DNA of 64,000 bases from an uncultured Gammaproteobacteria bacterium (GCA_964385285.1 CAYLOJ010000004.1:7736-71735); one strand, 5' to 3'. Numbered from the stretch's first letter, positions 49,086 to 59,079 are shown. A program made the numbers and translations. Notes: generated by a model not told the origin, from the letters alone.

Positions 49086-50804
49086 ATGGAATCTATTTTT
49101 ATTGAACTCAGCGCCATCATTGTATTGAGTACCGGACTAGCTCTAGTTGCTAAAATCTTAAAACAACCGATCATCTTGGCCTTCATCGGCACTGGTATCT
49201 TATTAGGCCCAATTGGGTTCAATATCTTACAATCACACGAATTAATTGATGTTTTAGCTGAATTTGGCATTGCCTTGTTGTTGTATATCGTCGGAATTGA
49301 GTTAGATATCAAAAAATTTAAAGCGCTATCTTGGCCTACCCTATTAGCAGGTATCGGGCAAATTATCGGTACGGGCTGCATTGGTTGGCTGATTGGTATC
49401 GGTTTAGGCTTTTCTAGCATTGAATCTGCGTTTATTGGTATTACTCTAACCCTGTCCAGTACGATCATTATCGTTAAGCTCCTCAGCGAAAAACGGCAAT
49501 TAGAATCTCTCTACGGGCGTATCACCGTTTCAATGTTGTTACTGCAGGATGTCGCGGCTATTCTTGCCCTACTATTATTACAAAGTTTTGCGGGCACTAC
49601 TGGCTTCACTATTCCTTGGGCAACCTTCGGTGCGTTAGCATTCAAAACAGTCGTGATTGGTGGTGGTGCCTATCTGCTGGCCCGCTATGTGTTTCGCAAA
49701 ATCTTTTTGTTCATTGGACGATCCCAAGAATTGTTATTCTTGTGGAGCATTGCATGGTGCGTATTGTTTGCCGCCATTGCCATTCTTTGGGACTACCCCA
49801 TCGCTATTAGTGTCTTTTTTGCTGGGATCACCATTGGTTCACTGGACTACAACTACGAAATTGCGGCGCGTATCCGCTCTCTGCGTGATTTCTTCATCGT
49901 GATCTTCTTCACATTTTTAGGGAGTGAATTGATTCTAGATTTGGAACCAAAATTGCTGATCAGTGCATTCGTGTTAGCACTGTTCGTATTAGTGGGCAAT
50001 CCAATGATTGTTTATATCATTCTGCGTTTTGCTAAACATCAAGACCGTACTGCATTTTTTGCTGGCTTAACCATGGCCCAAATTAGTGAGTTCTCTTTCA
50101 TTATATCAAACCAAGGTTTAACACAAGGATTAATTTCCCAGCATTTAGTGTCGATGATCGCGGTCGTTGGGTTAGTCACGATGGTACTGTCCACTTACAT
50201 GATTACCTACAATGAAAAGATCTATCACTACTTTTCGCCTCTACTGCGCTGGCTGCCGTTACCAAGCCCTACTCCCGATGCGGCTGATGTTATTCCATTG
50301 GATTTAAAAAATCATTATGTGGTCTTTGGCTATCATGCTAATGTAGATCACCTACTGGATGAGCTTCACCATGCTGGCGAAAAAGTTGTAGTGATTGATT
50401 ATAATCCCGATAATACAGAGCGCATCAAGCAACAAAAAGTGCTCTACATTTATGGTGATATGCGCGATGAAGATATTCTAGATTTGGCAAATTTAGAAAA
50501 CGCCAAAATGATTATCTCTATTGTGCCCTACCATGAACCAACCATGAGCTTGCTGCAACACATTAAACATTTTGGAATCAAATGCAATGTGGTCGTGTTA
50601 GCTCCATACCTGATGGATGTCAAAGCATATTATGATGCCGGCGCTACCTTTGTATTGCACCCTGAATCCATTAGTTTGAAATACCTATTATCCGTACTCA
50701 CTCCTGAGCAGCTCGCCCATGCTAGTACGGCTCATCAAAAAGAATTAATCGATCTATTAGAACATTCTCTACATACCAATGGGCCTTTACCAGCTGGTAA
50801 GTAA
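49086..50804 (+). CDS. Cation:proton antiporter (CPA2/Kef-type) with a C-terminal TrkA-N (RCK) domain
   Basis: ~12 TM N-terminal domain. C-terminal HYVVFGYHANVDHLLDELHHAGEKVVVID is a Rossmann/RCK fold. Confidence 0.75.
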   Translation: MESIFIELSAIIVLSTGLALVAKILKQPIILAFIGTGILLGPIGFNILQSHELIDVLAEFGIALLLYIVGIELDIKKFKALSWPTLLAGIGQIIGTGCIGWLIGIGLGFSSIESAFIGITLTLSSTIIIVKLLSEKRQLESLYGRITVSMLLLQDVAAILALLLLQSFAGTTGFTIPWATFGALAFKTVVIGGGAYLLARYVFRKIFLFIGRSQELLFLWSIAWCVLFAAIAILWDYPIAISVFFAGITIGSLDYNYEIAARIRSLRDFFIVIFFTFLGSELILDLEPKLLISAFVLALFVLVGNPMIVYIILRFAKHQDRTAFFAGLTMAQISEFSFIISNQGLTQGLISQHLVSMIAVVGLVTMVLSTYMITYNEKIYHYFSPLLRWLPLPSPTPDAADVIPLDLKNHYVVFGYHANVDHLLDELHHAGEKVVVIDYNPDNTERIKQQKVLYIYGDMRDEDILDLANLENAKMIISIVPYHEPTMSLLQHIKHFGIKCNVVVLAPYLMDVKAYYDAGATFVLHPESISLKYLLSVLTPEQLAHASTAHQKELIDLLEHSLHTNGPLPAGK

Positions 50805-52773
50805 ATTTCAACCCACCGGTGATCAGCCTACGGCTATCGCCACGTTAGTGCAAAGTTTGCAGGCAAAGCATCGTGCCCAAACCTTGTTAGGTGTGACTGG
50901 CTCCGGCAAAACGTTCACGATGGCCAATGTCATTAGTCAGATGGAGCGTCCGACATTAGTATTGTCACACAACAAAACCCTGGCCGCACAATTAGCTTCA
51001 GAATTTCGTGATTTTTTTCCGAATCATGCCGTGCATTACTTCGTCTCGTTTTACGACTACTACCAACCCGAAAGCTACATTCCGCGCACAGATACCTATA
51101 TTGAAAAAACTACTGAGCTGAATGAAGAGATCAATCGCCTCCGCCACGCAGCAACCCAAGCACTACTCTCGCGACGCGATGTGATTATCGTCGCGTCAGT
51201 TTCTTGTATTTATGGCTTAGGTTCACCGGTGGTCTATAAATCATTTAGCGTTACCGTACATAAAGGAGAAGAGTATAGTCGCCGCGCACTGCTATCTAAA
51301 TTAGTAGACATGCAATATCATCGCAATGATGTGGCATTTAAACGCGCCACCTTCCAAGTCAAAGGTGAGGTGGTGGAAGTCTTTCCGGCAATGTCTGATA
51401 AAACCGCTATTCGTTTCCGCTATTTTGGTGATGAGATCGAACGGATTGAAGAATTTGATGTCTTGAACAATCAAGTCATCGGCACGCTGGATCATGTCGA
51501 TATTTATCCGGCGACACACTATGTTGCTCCACAAGAAAATCGACATCTCATTCTGGCGCAAATTGAACGTGATATGGAGGAACAGGTATCTTGGATGAAA
51601 CAAAATGGCAAGCCGTTAGAAGCGTACCGCTTAGAACAACGGACGCGGCATGATTTAGAGATGCTTAGTCAAACTGGCTATGTGAATGGGATTGAAAACT
51701 ATTCACGTTACTTTGATCGACGTAAAGAAGGTGAACCACCTTATACACTGCTAGACTACTTCCCCAAAGATTTCCTGATGTTTGTGGATGAATCACATAT
51801 TACCATCCCTCAAATCGGCGGCATGTATAAAGGCGATCGTTCACGCAAACAGACTTTAGTTGATTATGGTTTCCGCTTAAAGGCCGCTTTAGATAATCGT
51901 CCGCTGCAATATCATGAATTTGAACAACATATTAATCAACTTGTTTATGTCTCGGCGACGCCTAAACAATATGAGTTGGATCAATCTAGTGTTGTAGCCG
52001 AACAGCTGATTCGTCCAACCGGTTTGTTAGATCCTGAGATTGAATTACACAGCACAATCGATCAGATTACTCATCTACTAGAACAGGTACAAGCGCGCGT
52101 AACGAAGGGTCAGCGTGTCTTGGTTACCACCTTAACCAAACGCATGGCTGAAGAGCTCACGGATTTCATGCGTGAACGTGGTATTGCGGTACAATATCTA
52201 CACTCTGAGGTAGATACCTTAGATCGGCTTGAGATTCTCCGTGACCTCCGGTTAGGTGTATTTGATGTGTTGGTGGGGATCAACTTATTGCGTGAAGGGT
52301 TAGATCTACCAGAGGTATCGTTAGTAGCTATTCTCGATGCCGATAAGGAAGGATTCTTGCGTAGTGCCACCTCCTTAATCCAAACCATCGGTCGCGCTGC
52401 TCGCCATCAGGAAGGTCGTGTAATTATGTATGCAGATCGCATTACGGATTCCATGCGGTTTGCAATGGATGAAACTAAACGCCGTCGGGCTAAACAGATT
52501 GCCTACAATACTGAACACGGCATTACACCACAAAGTATCATCAAGGCTGTGAGCGATGATCGCCTGGCCGGAGCAAAAGATAAAATTGATGCCCCAGCAG
52601 ACCCAAGCATATTAAATAAGGAAGAGTTGGCCTGGCATATTGATACTCTCGAACAACAGATGGCCTTGGCTGCCCAAACCATGCAATTTGAGGAGGCCGC
52701 GCGTTTACGTGATGAAATCAAGCGACTAAAACAAGGGCGAGCAGAAAAGAATAAACAAGCGAAAAAGAAGTAG
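50779..52773 (+). CDS. uvrB: Excinuclease ABC subunit B
   Basis: PTGDQP, GVTGSGKTF Walker A, helicase motifs. C-terminal UvrB/UvrC interaction motif QFEEAARLRDEI. Confidence 0.9.
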   Translation: MGLYQLVSKFQPTGDQPTAIATLVQSLQAKHRAQTLLGVTGSGKTFTMANVISQMERPTLVLSHNKTLAAQLASEFRDFFPNHAVHYFVSFYDYYQPESYIPRTDTYIEKTTELNEEINRLRHAATQALLSRRDVIIVASVSCIYGLGSPVVYKSFSVTVHKGEEYSRRALLSKLVDMQYHRNDVAFKRATFQVKGEVVEVFPAMSDKTAIRFRYFGDEIERIEEFDVLNNQVIGTLDHVDIYPATHYVAPQENRHLILAQIERDMEEQVSWMKQNGKPLEAYRLEQRTRHDLEMLSQTGYVNGIENYSRYFDRRKEGEPPYTLLDYFPKDFLMFVDESHITIPQIGGMYKGDRSRKQTLVDYGFRLKAALDNRPLQYHEFEQHINQLVYVSATPKQYELDQSSVVAEQLIRPTGLLDPEIELHSTIDQITHLLEQVQARVTKGQRVLVTTLTKRMAEELTDFMRERGIAVQYLHSEVDTLDRLEILRDLRLGVFDVLVGINLLREGLDLPEVSLVAILDADKEGFLRSATSLIQTIGRAARHQEGRVIMYADRITDSMRFAMDETKRRRAKQIAYNTEHGITPQSIIKAVSDDRLAGAKDKIDAPADPSILNKEELAWHIDTLEQQMALAAQTMQFEEAARLRDEIKRLKQGRAEKNKQAKKK

Positions 52774-52783
52774 CCTAAACTAT

Positions 52784-52813
52784 AAACACGTCCCATATGG
52801 GACGTGTTTATAT
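52784..52813. terminator. Bidirectional terminator (perfect palindrome) between convergent uvrB and the anti-sigma gene
   Basis: aaacacgtcccatatgggacgtgttt at 52784-52809, flanked by A/T runs. Confidence 0.65.
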
Positions 52814-52829
52814 TAAGGTATGTTACCAG

Positions 52830-53906
52830 TTAGTTACTGTCCGCATTGGCATCTGCTGCCAGATCATCAGATGTGTACGTAATCGTAACATCGCCATTCT
52901 CATCTACTTGTGTACTTACCTCCACTTGGTCGACTAGTTCCCCTTGTGCGTTGTAGCAACCCGTGGGATGTGTGTTAAAGAAGTCAGCGCCAAGACTCGA
53001 TGCATCAGGGTAAAGATGAATCTCGGTTAAACCACTTAGCTCAGTAAAGATCGGCAATGTCATTTCATCAACGGCTAAATATTCATCCACTACATAATCA
53101 AGTTGAGAACGCACCTGGCCATGGGCATCAAGTTGTTTATAGGATTCTAGCGCATAGGTAGCAGGATCAAACCAATATTGAAAAGTCTGCTGATGAGCTT
53201 GAATTTCTAAGCCCCGCTGACCTTCCTGCACTCCTAAATCAACCACCTTACCTTGATCAACCATCGTACGTAATAGACTGATGCGCTCCTCTGTACTCTG
53301 TGCTTCAGTGGTAATACGAGCTAATTCAGCAACTTGTGCATCAAACGATAGATCTGGAAAGTCAGCAGAGTTGATACCACAGACAGTAGCGTCAGAATCC
53401 AATTGATTATCACTAATGATTGGATCGGTGATTGGATCCTTAGCATGTAACTCATAACCGCGTTGCTGGTTGGATGCAACGTCATATACTTCTGTATATT
53501 GTTCCAAGACCGTTGCGCCATCTTCAGATAATTGTTGATCCGCGTAATTATGATCACCATGCCACGTTTCTAAGAAATGACGCTCAGTGGTACCAGTCAC
53601 AGGATCAATATATGTTTCATGAAACTTTTGATGGAGCACACCACTCACCGGTGTGGTGGTAGCAGCTTCAGCGGCTGAGATAAAATCAACTAAACTTAAG
53701 TGGGTATTATTCGTAGAGTTGGTAGTATGTGGCTGTTGCCAGAGCATGACCGCAGCTAAACTGCCGACGGCCAGTGGTGCAGCCACTAACCAAGGAATAA
53801 ATTTTTTCATAGGCAATGCAGGACTCACCGGCGCAGGGGCACGTTGCAGCTCTTGTTGCAGCACACTGCGCAGTTTTTGATAATGAGACGATGAGTTCTG
53901 AGACAT
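52830..53906 (-). CDS. Putative anti-sigma factor (single TM, periplasmic/extracellular domain)
   Basis: Immediately downstream of the ECF sigma gene. A cytoplasmic N-terminus, then the TM helix FIPWLVAAPLAVGSLAAVMLW. Confidence 0.45.
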   Translation of the reverse strand: MSQNSSSHYQKLRSVLQQELQRAPAPVSPALPMKKFIPWLVAAPLAVGSLAAVMLWQQPHTTNSTNNTHLSLVDFISAAEAATTTPVSGVLHQKFHETYIDPVTGTTERHFLETWHGDHNYADQQLSEDGATVLEQYTEVYDVASNQQRGYELHAKDPITDPIISDNQLDSDATVCGINSADFPDLSFDAQVAELARITTEAQSTEERISLLRTMVDQGKVVDLGVQEGQRGLEIQAHQQTFQYWFDPATYALESYKQLDAHGQVRSQLDYVVDEYLAVDEMTLPIFTELSGLTEIHLYPDASSLGADFFNTHPTGCYNAQGELVDQVEVSTQVDENGDVTITYTSDDLAADANADSN

Positions 53907-53921
53907 AAGTGAATGGTTAAA

Positions 53922-54491
53922 TTAGTCTGGCCGGACACTAGAGATAATGTACTGGCTGGCAAAAGGTTGCAATTGACGCTGTAATTTTTTCATGGCCCGA
54001 CTTAACCGCGATTTTACCGTTCCTAGTTTCAACTCTGTGATGTCGGCTAATTCCTCAAGAGATAGTTCGGCAAAGAAACGTAAACTGACTAGATTGCGAT
54101 CTACCTCGTTTAGAGTTTGTAATGCGAGCTGCAGTTGGTGCGTATCCTCATTCAAGATGGCCAAGTGTTCAGGGCTGGGTTGCGGACTACGCAGTTCAGG
54201 ATAATCCTCCAGCGCCTCAAAGTGATACTGGTGCTGCTTACGCCAATGCATCCGCAACTCATTGAGCGCGATGCGATACAACCATGCCAAAATCGGTTTG
54301 CCCGTTTGCACCTGATAGCGATCAAATGCCTTAAGTGCCTTATAAAAGGTTTCGCTGGCTAGATCATAAGCCAGGGGGACGTCCCCACAATGTCGAATCA
54401 AATAGCGCACAATCATTTCATAGTGCGTATCATAAGCCTCCAAAAACGCCTGCTGCTGGGTATCATCCATAGCTAACTTAGTATAATGCAA
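53922..54491 (-). CDS. ECF (group IV) RNA polymerase sigma factor
   Basis: Sigma-70 region 2 (YRIALNELRMHWRKQ) and region 4 HTH (SLEELADITELKLGTVKSRLSRA). Confidence 0.75.
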   Translation of the reverse strand: MHYTKLAMDDTQQQAFLEAYDTHYEMIVRYLIRHCGDVPLAYDLASETFYKALKAFDRYQVQTGKPILAWLYRIALNELRMHWRKQHQYHFEALEDYPELRSPQPSPEHLAILNEDTHQLQLALQTLNEVDRNLVSLRFFAELSLEELADITELKLGTVKSRLSRAMKKLQRQLQPFASQYIISSVRPD

Positions 54492-54568
54492 ATCTTTCAG
54501 TTTGGTTGCATCCTGCCAGTAGCTTGGTCCATTGTCTGGTGCAACGGATTGTGATAATCTAGTGGCCT

Positions 54569-55645
54569 ATGAATAAAGCAACCCTCAAAAAATTAACCCC
54601 TCAACTACGTCAGCATATTATCCAACAGACCAAGCGCAAATCTGCAAAAGGTGGAGCAGTCAGTAAGTTTGCTCAAGAGACACTCTTACACACAAACGGT
54701 GGAAGCACATTGCAAGCTGCCTTGTGGTTAAAAGAGCATTTGGACAACGGCGGTAAACTGGTGATCACCTTAGCTGGTGCATTAAGTTCTTTTGAAATCG
54801 GCGTTACCTTAGCGGAGCTGATTCGCCAAGATAAAGTACATCTCGTTTCTGCCACTGGTGCCAACCATGAAGAATCCTACTATCGTTACGTGGCTCATTC
54901 TCACTACGCTGATATTCCTAAATACACTGAACTGACTCCAGAGCAAGAAGCTGAATTGCGTGATGCCGGTTTGCGTCGTATTACCGACACGTTCTTACCT
55001 GAGGATGAATCTGTCCGCATTATGGAACCGCATCTATTAAAGATGTGGCAGGACGCTCAGAAAAAAGGTGAACGGTATTTTCCACATGAATATTTCCGTC
55101 GTTTGTTTGCCAAGAAATTGATCAAACCTGACCCCATGGCCAACCCTAAGGATTGTTGGACCAAAGCGGCTTACGAAAAAAATATCCCAATTGTGATTCC
55201 AGGCTTCGAAGATTCCACTATGGGTAATATCTTTGCTGGTTATACCTACGCCGGCAAATACCGTAAAAATCCAAAAGTACTGCTTGACCCCACGATTATG
55301 AAAGGTGGTATCGAGTACTTCACTTGGTTGTATGAATGGTATATGGAAGCTGCCAAAACTGCTCCGGTCGCTTTCCTACAATTAGGTGGTGGCATCTCTG
55401 CAGATTTCCCAATTTGTGTAGTACCTTCGCTTAAGCATGATCTTGGCATGCATGGTAAAGTTCGCGATTGGGCTGGCTTTATCGAAATCGGTTCTTCCCC
55501 AATGTCTTATGGCTCCTACTCTGGTGCTGGCGGCAAAGAAAAGATCACCTGGGATAAGCTCTCTACTAAGAGCTACTACCAAATCATCCAGAGTGACGTA
55601 ACGGTCGTCTTCCCGTGGATGGCAGCGATCATGCTGGGCCTCTAG
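54569..55645 (+). CDS. Deoxyhypusine synthase (DHS) family protein
   Basis: LVITLAGALSSFEIG...VHLVSATGANHEE, IPIVIPGFEDSTMGNIFAG and FLQLGGGISADFP align to the DHS blocks IFLGYTSNLISSGIRE...VDVLVTTAGGVEE, IPVFSPALTDGSLGDMIFF and IILGGGVVKHH. Confidence 0.7.
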   Translation: MNKATLKKLTPQLRQHIIQQTKRKSAKGGAVSKFAQETLLHTNGGSTLQAALWLKEHLDNGGKLVITLAGALSSFEIGVTLAELIRQDKVHLVSATGANHEESYYRYVAHSHYADIPKYTELTPEQEAELRDAGLRRITDTFLPEDESVRIMEPHLLKMWQDAQKKGERYFPHEYFRRLFAKKLIKPDPMANPKDCWTKAAYEKNIPIVIPGFEDSTMGNIFAGYTYAGKYRKNPKVLLDPTIMKGGIEYFTWLYEWYMEAAKTAPVAFLQLGGGISADFPICVVPSLKHDLGMHGKVRDWAGFIEIGSSPMSYGSYSGAGGKEKITWDKLSTKSYYQIIQSDVTVVFPWMAAIMLGL

Positions 55646-55664
55646 CTCAACCCCACTGTAAATT

Positions 55665-55694
55665 AAAAATCCCTCCATGTGGAGGGATTTTTTT
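55665..55694. terminator. Bidirectional rho-independent terminator
   Basis: atccctcc-atgt-ggagggat stem-loop flanked by A5 upstream and T7 downstream. Confidence 0.65.
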
Positions 55695-55702
55695 GCAGTA
55701 AG

Positions 55703-56038
55703 CTACTTACCAAAGATGGGAAAACAATGCATGGATCTGCAAATGGCTTGCTCTGTATCGCTGAAGATGATTCCTGAACAAGACGCAACTTCCTCACCAT
55801 GATCATCATAAAGTGCATCAGTGCCAAAGTCTCCAAGATAGACCGTTGAGTAATAACCGATACCGTTACTGTAAAAACATCGCTGCACATCACTACCTTC
55901 AATCAATGGCTTTACAGCCGCCGGCACCGGCCAAAAAAAGAAGGCAGCCGTTGCCAGCAATCCCCCTAATAGTAGCGTGATACTGATAATGTAGAGTCGA
56001 CGCACATTATAATTTTCCAGGGAAGTAAAATGATCCAA
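55703..56038 (-). CDS. Small membrane-anchored hypothetical protein (uncertain; overlaps the agmatinase 3' end)
   Basis: ORF track. One TM (ISITLLLGGLLATAAFFFW). Confidence 0.25.
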   Translation of the reverse strand: MDHFTSLENYNVRRLYIISITLLLGGLLATAAFFFWPVPAAVKPLIEGSDVQRCFYSNGIGYYSTVYLGDFGTDALYDDHGEEVASCSGIIFSDTEQAICRSMHCFPIFGK

Positions 56039-56912
56039 TCATCTTATAAACTAATTTCGCGGCGAGAAAATCCGGAGCGCGTAAACCACCAATCGGCATG
56101 AACTCCATAATGTCTGCGCCAACTACGTTCTTAGTTTTAGCGACAGCTCTTACAAGGCTCAACACATCATACCAATTCAAGCCACCTGGCTGCGGCGTAC
56201 CCGTAGAAGGCATCACTGCGGCATCAAACACATCAATATCAATTGTAATGTAAACATTCTTTTTTAGGCTGTTCAAGATTTGTTTGATTGGCAACTTGGG
56301 AGCCAAGAACATGGTATGGCGTTTGGAAAATTTCTTATGTTCTGCAGCATCATCACTCGCTACACTACGCACGCCCACGGAAGTAACACTATCAGAACAT
56401 TCAATACTGCGACGCATTACACAAGCATGATTATACTTCGTACCCTCAAATGAATCACGGAAATCAGCATGCGCGTCAAAATGTAGCACCGAGAAATCCT
56501 TTGTGTAAATCTCTCGAGCCGCTTTTACCGCTCCGAAGGTTAATGAATGTTCACCACCAAAACAAAATGGGAATTTTTTATCGCGATAAATCTGTTTGGT
56601 TGCCTTATACACTTCATTCAGCATATCTCCAGGATTATTCATCTGGGGTTCCATCGGATCCAATGTATAAATCGGCACACGCTCTACTGTTTCAAAACCA
56701 AGCTCTTCATCATACAACTCTAACTGTGCTGAAGCATTAATCATTGCCTCTGGACCGAAGCGGGCACCAGATTGATAAGAGGTGGTGGCATCATACGGAA
56801 TCGGCAATAGCGCTACCTTGGCATCTTTCCAGGTTGGGTTTGGATACCCTAGAAAGCCGGACGTATTACGAATGGGATAGTCGATCATATATAACAAATT
56901 AATAATTACCAA
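56007..56912 (-). CDS. speB: Agmatinase (ureohydrolase family)
   Basis: GGEHSLT, HFDAHADF, DIDVFD and GTPQPGGL Mn-binding motifs. The start may be the internal Met at 56888. Confidence 0.8.
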   Translation of the reverse strand: MVIINLLYMIDYPIRNTSGFLGYPNPTWKDAKVALLPIPYDATTSYQSGARFGPEAMINASAQLELYDEELGFETVERVPIYTLDPMEPQMNNPGDMLNEVYKATKQIYRDKKFPFCFGGEHSLTFGAVKAAREIYTKDFSVLHFDAHADFRDSFEGTKYNHACVMRRSIECSDSVTSVGVRSVASDDAAEHKKFSKRHTMFLAPKLPIKQILNSLKKNVYITIDIDVFDAAVMPSTGTPQPGGLNWYDVLSLVRAVAKTKNVVGADIMEFMPIGGLRAPDFLAAKLVYKMIGSFYFPGKL

Positions 56913-58264
56913 CCAAAGACCTTACCTAACTCTTCCGGTGATTGGCGCTTAGCTGCCACTTTCACCTCACCATTGTGTGCAATGATTTTAGTTGGGCTAG
57001 ATAATAAACAATGACGAGCACCTAATGAATCCTGATAAGCACCGGTATCAAAGAAAGCAACATATTGATCATCATCTTCGGTCAACTTTGGTAATAGAAT
57101 GTAAGTACCTTGAGCAGTATACTTATCATCACTATCACAACTAGAACCGGCCAACCACGTGCGTTGGTTACTGCGCGTATTCATATTGTTAGCGGGAATC
57201 GCATGCCATTGTTGATGAATAGTCCAAGTATCAGGCAGATCATTCATGAACGATCCATCGACGATATACCATTTACGATTCGTACCATTATCTACTGGCT
57301 TTTCATTCAATACTTTAAACATCGTCACCTGTGCCGGCGCAGCAATATAACGACCCCACTCACAAATGATATTGGGTTCTTTCACATTGTATTTTTGACT
57401 CATCTGTTTGCAGGCTTTCACAATACGATTAGCCGCAGCCTTCACTGTATAAATCGACTTTTTGGTATACGGCACTGCGCCACCGCCTCCAATATCGATC
57501 GTGTCTAGTTTCGGATTCCGCTGCCGCATCTTTGCATAGATCATGAACATGCGCTTCACTGGATCAGTTAGGCCATCTAGTTTTTCGATCTGGCTAGAGA
57601 CGTGATAAGACAAAATACCCAAGTTAGGCACCTTCTGCAACTTCATCACCTCTTCTTCTGTTAAACCAAAATAGTTGAACTTTTTATCCCAGTGGGATTT
57701 TACTTTTACATTCAAATTTACGCGCAACCCAATTTCACTCTTGAACTTTTTAAAGGCAGTCAACTCATCACGATGCTCGACCATAGGCGTAATGGTGAGG
57801 CCTTTCTTATTCAACTCATCAATTAACTGGATGTAGCGGTCCGTTTTGGGTCCATTACACAACACTCGAATCTTCGCGTTGAAGCGCTCCTGCTCCCACA
57901 TACGTTTTACAATCCAGAGCTCGTTGGCAGATGAGGTCTCTAAGTTGGCGCCTTCAGAAACAGCTGACAACACAAACTGCTTGTGTTGGTTCACCTTCAT
58001 GGGATAGTGATAATAGAACTTGCCTTTGTAATCGTTCAGTTTGATGTACGCATTAAAAATGTCGGTCAGCTGGCGCAGACGGGTTTCCACAATAAATGGG
58101 AACATAATCTCTAAACTAGTGCCATACTGTTTGGCCAGCTTATAGAGATTATACTGATAGTTCCCTTCTTTTAACATCAACTCCCCATTGGCGGTGATGT
58201 CAAAATATTGAGTGTTAAATTCTTCCCGGCCAAGCTTCCAAAAGCGCTTGAAGTTTCGTTTCAT
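56906..58264 (-). CDS. PLP-dependent arginine decarboxylase (Orn/DAP/Arg decarboxylase alanine-racemase-fold family)
   Basis: HYPMKVN (PLP-Lys), DIGGGGAVPY and EWGRYIAAP motifs. Adjacent to agmatinase. Confidence 0.7.
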   Translation of the reverse strand: MKRNFKRFWKLGREEFNTQYFDITANGELMLKEGNYQYNLYKLAKQYGTSLEIMFPFIVETRLRQLTDIFNAYIKLNDYKGKFYYHYPMKVNQHKQFVLSAVSEGANLETSSANELWIVKRMWEQERFNAKIRVLCNGPKTDRYIQLIDELNKKGLTITPMVEHRDELTAFKKFKSEIGLRVNLNVKVKSHWDKKFNYFGLTEEEVMKLQKVPNLGILSYHVSSQIEKLDGLTDPVKRMFMIYAKMRQRNPKLDTIDIGGGGAVPYTKKSIYTVKAAANRIVKACKQMSQKYNVKEPNIICEWGRYIAAPAQVTMFKVLNEKPVDNGTNRKWYIVDGSFMNDLPDTWTIHQQWHAIPANNMNTRSNQRTWLAGSSCDSDDKYTAQGTYILLPKLTEDDDQYVAFFDTGAYQDSLGARHCLLSSPTKIIAHNGEVKVAAKRQSPEELGKVFGW

Positions 58265-58340
58265 TTCGGGCCCAGTAATGGGGATAATGAATTAAGAAGC
58301 TTATTATAAAAACTCTGCGCCTGGTGTCAATAGCTTTGCC

Positions 58341-58349
58341 TGCTATAAT
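58341..58349 (+). promoter_or_regulatory. Extended -10 promoter element (TGcTATAAT) 6 nt upstream of the ATG. Leaderless transcript likely.
   Basis: tgctataat at 58341-58349, ATG at 58356. Confidence 0.4.
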
Positions 58350-58355
58350 ACCCGC

Positions 58356-58736
58356 ATGAAAACCGTTTTAGCCTTTGGCACCTACGACAAGCTCCACCCC
58401 GGACACCAGTTTTTTTTGGCAGAAGCTAAAAAATACGGTGATCGTCTGGTGGTGGTGGTAGCACGCGATAAAAATGTGGAACTAGTGAAAGGCAAACTAC
58501 CGCGCGACCCCGAACAGCTCCGTTTAGCGAATGTACAAGCTGTGGCTGTCGTGGATAGCGCCAGACTCGGCTATGAAGATTATAGTAAAAAAGAGCAGAT
58601 TATTAGCGAAATCCAACCTGATGTGATCTGCCTAGGTTACGATCAAGCCCCAAAATTCCGTTCCCCCGACCCTAACATTGAAGTAATCCGTCTACCCGCT
58701 TTTCATCCCGAGCTGTACAAATCCAGTTTGCTGTAG
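58356..58736 (+). CDS. Cytidylyltransferase-like nucleotidyltransferase (HxGH family; RibL/FAD synthase-like or CTP:glycerol-3-P cytidylyltransferase-like)
   Basis: AFGTYDKLHPGHQFFL, the (H/T)xGH motif. 126 aa. Confidence 0.6.
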   Translation: MKTVLAFGTYDKLHPGHQFFLAEAKKYGDRLVVVVARDKNVELVKGKLPRDPEQLRLANVQAVAVVDSARLGYEDYSKKEQIISEIQPDVICLGYDQAPKFRSPDPNIEVIRLPAFHPELYKSSLL

Positions 58737-58772
58737 TTTTTGGTTGACAGACCACCACGAGATCATTAAGAT

Positions 58773-58982
58773 GTGCGCGCCAACACGGAGGTTCCATTGG
58801 CACGTCGACACTGTGCAAAGCACAACAAGTACTACCGGCATGAAAAGTGTCCTGACTGCTTCCCGGACGCAGGGAAGCCGCGAAAGGTCTACAAGACCCG
58901 GCAGGTGACCACCTGCCGCAGCTGCAAGTCCGGGGTGCCGGCCGGCAGCGGTCGCTGCACGTCCTGCGGGACGAAGCAGTAG
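58773..58982 (+). CDS. Small zinc-ribbon protein (two CxxC pairs x2) inside a high-GC insert. GTG start; uncertain.
   Basis: HCAKHNKYYRHEKCPDC and TCRSCKSG...GRCTSCG. Strong GC3 bias consistent with real coding in a high-GC donor. Confidence 0.4.
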   Translation: MRANTEVPLARRHCAKHNKYYRHEKCPDCFPDAGKPRKVYKTRQVTTCRSCKSGVPAGSGRCTSCGTKQ

Positions 58983-59079
58983 GAGGAGGGGGGCGGTTGA
59001 TCATTCCAGATCGGCCGCCCCAACCATTCATTATCCCCAGACTTGTCAACCTTTTAACCATGTGATATCGTCTACCCCT

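Noticed and set aside
50779-50804. 26-nt overlap between the CPA2 antiporter 3' end and the uvrB start
   Set aside because: Probably reflects an over-extended uvrB start call. A later start codon (possibly non-ATG) cannot be resolved from sequence alone, and it is not biologically notable.
58987-59020. GC-rich hairpin (ggggcgg ... ccgcccc) after the zinc-ribbon ORF as a terminator
   Set aside because: Short stem with an 18-nt loop and no following T-run. Noted only as part of the high-GC insert.
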